Positions 61,601-64,000 of a DNA stretch of 64,000 nt are shown in pieces (the stretch's first letter is position 1; every line of letters begins with the position of its first letter). Made by a program: the position numbers and the translations under genes. Source of the DNA: Antedon mediterranea (lineage: Eukaryota; Animalia; Echinodermata); assembly GCF_964355755.1 (NCBI RefSeq), contig NC_092672.1:37144437-37208436 (forward strand), read 5' to 3'. Below the pieces are notes generated by a model, which was not told the origin of the DNA, searched no databases, and worked only from the letters and a program-made list of their open reading frames with translations.

Positions 61601-64000
61601 TTCCCATCTTTTGCCTGGGTCTGTTGTGTAACACCAAGATGAAGGTTTTCCATCCGGGTTACGGCAGAAGTTGTGATCTCCCAAACCTTTCCATCTGTAG
61701 TTATCTGGTGTTCTTGAATGTGAATGGGGTGTTTGTGATGTCCATTTTTGGCAAGTTTTTTCAGTAATTGTCGTATAAACTAAACCTCTATAATCAACAC
61801 CATTTTCACTTTCATAACATTCTGAAGAAACAAGGAATAAATATTATTCGTGATAATCATTACTAAACGCAATCGTTTTTGGAATAGTTCTGTGTTTTTA
61901 AACAAAACATACAGAAAAGGCACATTTCATCCTAGAACATAATACATATGACAATGTTAACAAATTAGAGGGTGAGCTCGCTTCGCTCGCTCCCCCTCTA
62001 GGAAGTGTAGACGATGGGTCTCGGAATGAAGGTTTTAGAAGGACGTTCTGGCCTGGACGTTTCCGGTTATTGTAATGCTTGATATTCGTAAAACTAAACC
62101 TACTACTAACCTGTTTTACAGTATTTTAGTTGATTAATACCATTTTAACGTAAAGTGTTAGGGCCCTTATAGGGTGGAGGTGGGGATGCGGAGTTAATTT
62201 GAGGGAGGTGCTTATTCAAGGGATACGTTTAATTTTTTAGTTTTAATAATATAATAACATTTATAAATAACTTTAAGTAACTTTGTGTAAAACACACATT
62301 TTTTTTCAACAGAAAGCTAGCGCCTGATATAAATTAAACTTTTGCAAAGTTTCAATTTAAAATGTTATTTGGTTTTTGACCTATGTTAAATACGAGAAAA
62401 TCGTTAAATCGCGCGTAAATCACGTTGCGCAACTCTAACGTCATTCACAATAGGAGGTGCACAATTTCACGTAAATGCCCACATGTTGACATCAAAACAG
62501 TTCAAAAAGTACAGAAAAGCGATAAAACGCATAGTGATACCGGACCGACAGACAGACAGAGAGACCAACAGACCGACAGACAGACCGACCGACCGATCGA
62601 CCGACATATTGAACTATAGAGTCGACTAAAAATAGAAAGTAATATAAATAAATATAATTATAAATAAATATTTAATAACATAGCCTGATATATATTTGAA
62701 ATTTATCTTCTGCTTACCCTCCTCACTTTCGGGAACCAGTTCATCATCCGTAGGGCCATTTAAACCTAGAATATATTGATAAAATAAAGTAAAGTTAGAT
62801 TTATTATTATCATGTTTATACAAACAAGGACCATGTTTTAGTATAGCATTTATTTGGTATTCAGGGCTCGATATTTCACTAGTCCGGCGTACAATGTCTA
62901 GTTCAAACTGCTCTGGGTTAGTAAATCATCCGTCCGTCAAGCCCGGTCTAGTGTGTAAATAATTAAGCAAGAGACTAGAGGCCTAGACTTTCAAAATGCA
63001 TTATTAAAATACAGGCTGAAACATACGGGGCGCCGTTCTGGACATTCCCAATTTTGACGACAAAATAAAATTATGTAACACTGACATTGATTCTATTTGG
63101 ACATAACAAATTCTGTACAGACATAATTAACTTTTATCATAATTATTTAGTTACGCACATAATTGTTAATTATGTTTAATTTTGTCTCTTAAAAAAATAT
63201 TTATGTTTTTTTGTAAAAGACATAGGCCTAATTGATTATATTGTGAACAGAATTTCGTTTAATGCACAGAATTAATTATTATTAATTATGTGTCGACAGA
63301 ATTCATTCTGTAGACAAAATTATTTTCCATGAATTCATTCTGTGTCGACCATGATAATTCCGTGTAGACAAAATTGATTTTTTTAGAATAAAATAATAAA
63401 AAGTAAAAAAATACATAAAAAGTAAGAAAGATATAAAAAAATTGTCGCTTCACTATGGTTAATTATTACAGTTTACCAGTACTGAATTTTTTATTTGTAT
63501 TTTATCATCAATTCTTGTGTATATTCATGTTGTATATTTATTTGTAATCAAGGGTAAAGAAGATGAAACAAGAATCGACTTCTAATCTTGATTCTAATAT
63601 TCATATTCGTATATTTTTTTTCTCTTGTTTGCTTTTCTGTTTTGTATTGTTATTTAAACCAATTATGAATAAATGTTGTATTGATTGAAATTGATCGAAA
63701 TTACCGTTAGGTATACAATCTCGTTTACATTCGTCTTTTGTGGGGAATCTGTTACCGGTATCCATCATTTGACAGGACCTGGTTCTAAATGGGAGACACA
63801 AGCCTCTGTCTGTATGATAGTACCATTCGAGCCCACCACCATCACAATCAGGATCAAGTGATGTACCATTATGGCTGTCTGGTACTGGTTGGTAGCAGCG
63901 ACCGTTACAGGTTGTACTGCAATTTTCCCTCGAAACAAACCGGTTACCGTTACCTCCACTACCTCTGTATTTAAGTGGTTTACACGTCATAGTGCCATTG
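47230..64000 (-). CDS. Gene A (5'-partial): Kunitz-Kunitz / kringle / Kunitz-Kunitz / NTR multidomain protein
   Basis: Minus-strand GT-AG exons: >64000-63705 (two Kunitz), 62765-62718, 61821-61567 (kringle), 60982-60947, 60703-60665, 59877-59836 (linkers), 59495-59444 and 59111-58807 (two Kunitz), 57656-57591, 47652-47443, 47357-47230 (NTR, ...YLNFCS*). All are phase-compatible with no stops. Joining them into one transcript is inferred. Confidence 0.78.
49596..51748. mobile_element. Foldback element with TATGG...CCATA termini and a 6-bp TSD (IS3EU-like)
   Basis: Arms 49596-~50570 and ~50925-51748 are near-perfect reverse complements (the left arm has an internal ~140-bp duplication). AGCAGG is duplicated at 49590-49595 and 51749-51754. 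An empty-site homolog CACTAGCCGGTCTGAA lies at ~48921. Confidence 0.8.
52553..55543. mobile_element. hAT-type non-autonomous element nested in the previous element
   Basis: Perfect 8-bp TSD GTGTCAGT (52545-52552, 55544-55551), TIRs CATAGTTGCCA / TGGCAACGCTG and subterminal TGGCATTAT repeats. Confidence 0.8.
54200..55260. repeat. Tandem repeat array (~100/200-bp subunits, ~407-bp near-exact duplication)
   Basis: Recurrent GTGCCATTTCCGGCCAT...CCTCAGCCCC...GGGGCTGAGGTCCTGGA units. Confidence 0.85.
57797..58600 (+). mobile_element. CR1/L2-group LINE 3' fragment in a gene A intron
   Basis: MYNSIISPQFNYCNIVWG...KLQMLQNRAAKII...YKIFHNQAPPYL...SFSYHGASLWN (ORF 57811-58287) and a (TTA)n tail at ~58567-58597. 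Confidence 0.85.
58807..59111 (-). CDS. Gene A second tandem-Kunitz exon
   Basis: WYYDNSAKVCKVFRYRGSGGNRNRFFSYQECSTTCDSRCYQPVPISHYSISHFPDCDGGGFEWYY...CKQYCIPNG, with canonical splice sites. Confidence 0.9.
61567..61821 (-). CDS. Gene A kringle-domain exon
   Basis: ECYESENGVDYRGLVYTTITEKTCQKWTSQTPHSHSRTPDNYRWKGLGDHNFCRNPDGKPSSWCYTTDPGKRWELCNVGPATKNC. It is 255 nt, phase 1-1, with cag| and |gtaggt boundaries. Confidence 0.95.
61962..62632 (+). mobile_element. HINE-like interspersed repeat
   Basis: Starts with TAGAGGGTGAGCTCGCTTCGCTCGCTCCCCCTCTAG (hairpin) and has a (GACA/GACC)n microsatellite near the 3' end. Confidence 0.45.
63705..64000 (-). CDS. Gene A first visible tandem-Kunitz exon (runs off the window)
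   Basis: NGTMTCKPLKYRGSGGNGNRFVSRENCSTTCNGRCYQPVPDSHNGTSLDPDCDGGGLEWYY...CKRDCIPNG|gtaatt. Confidence 0.9.

Noticed and set aside
4462-64000. Assigning the symbol WFIKKN or TIMP
   Set aside because: WAP, follistatin/Kazal and Ig domains are not seen in the window, and the NTR has four Cys without a TIMP-type N-terminal CxC. Orthology cannot be established by eye.

Overview
AT-rich animal genomic DNA with GT-AG introns and many transposons. A marine invertebrate source, possibly a deuterostome, is my inference. The main content is a minus-strand tandem cluster of secreted multidomain genes that the ORF track misses because they are split into small exons. All end in a Kunitz-Kunitz-NTR cassette, resembling the C-terminal half of WFIKKN/GASP proteins. 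Gene C (4462-12939, ~290 aa) and gene B (29587-34355, ~397 aa) read as complete ORFs from signal peptide to stop. Gene A (47230->64000) is 5'-incomplete and reads Kunitz-Kunitz / kringle / Kunitz-Kunitz / NTR. Decayed family copies lie at ~37.1-37.5 kb and 16-19.5 kb. The first Kunitz domain lacks the Cys14-Cys38 bridge, the second has Asp at P1 behind an expanded variable loop, and gene B carries a 15-heptad N-glycosylation array inside its NTR domain. The window also holds a decayed laccase-like relic interrupted by a LINE, three minimal type I hammerhead ribozymes next to a Penelope fragment, and a hairpin-unit satellite. Other repeats include L1/Tx1, CR1/L2 and Rex1-like LINEs, Helitron/Helentron elements, and Kolobok-, hAT-, Academ- and IS3EU-like non-autonomous elements. 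All exon models were read by hand and need transcript confirmation.
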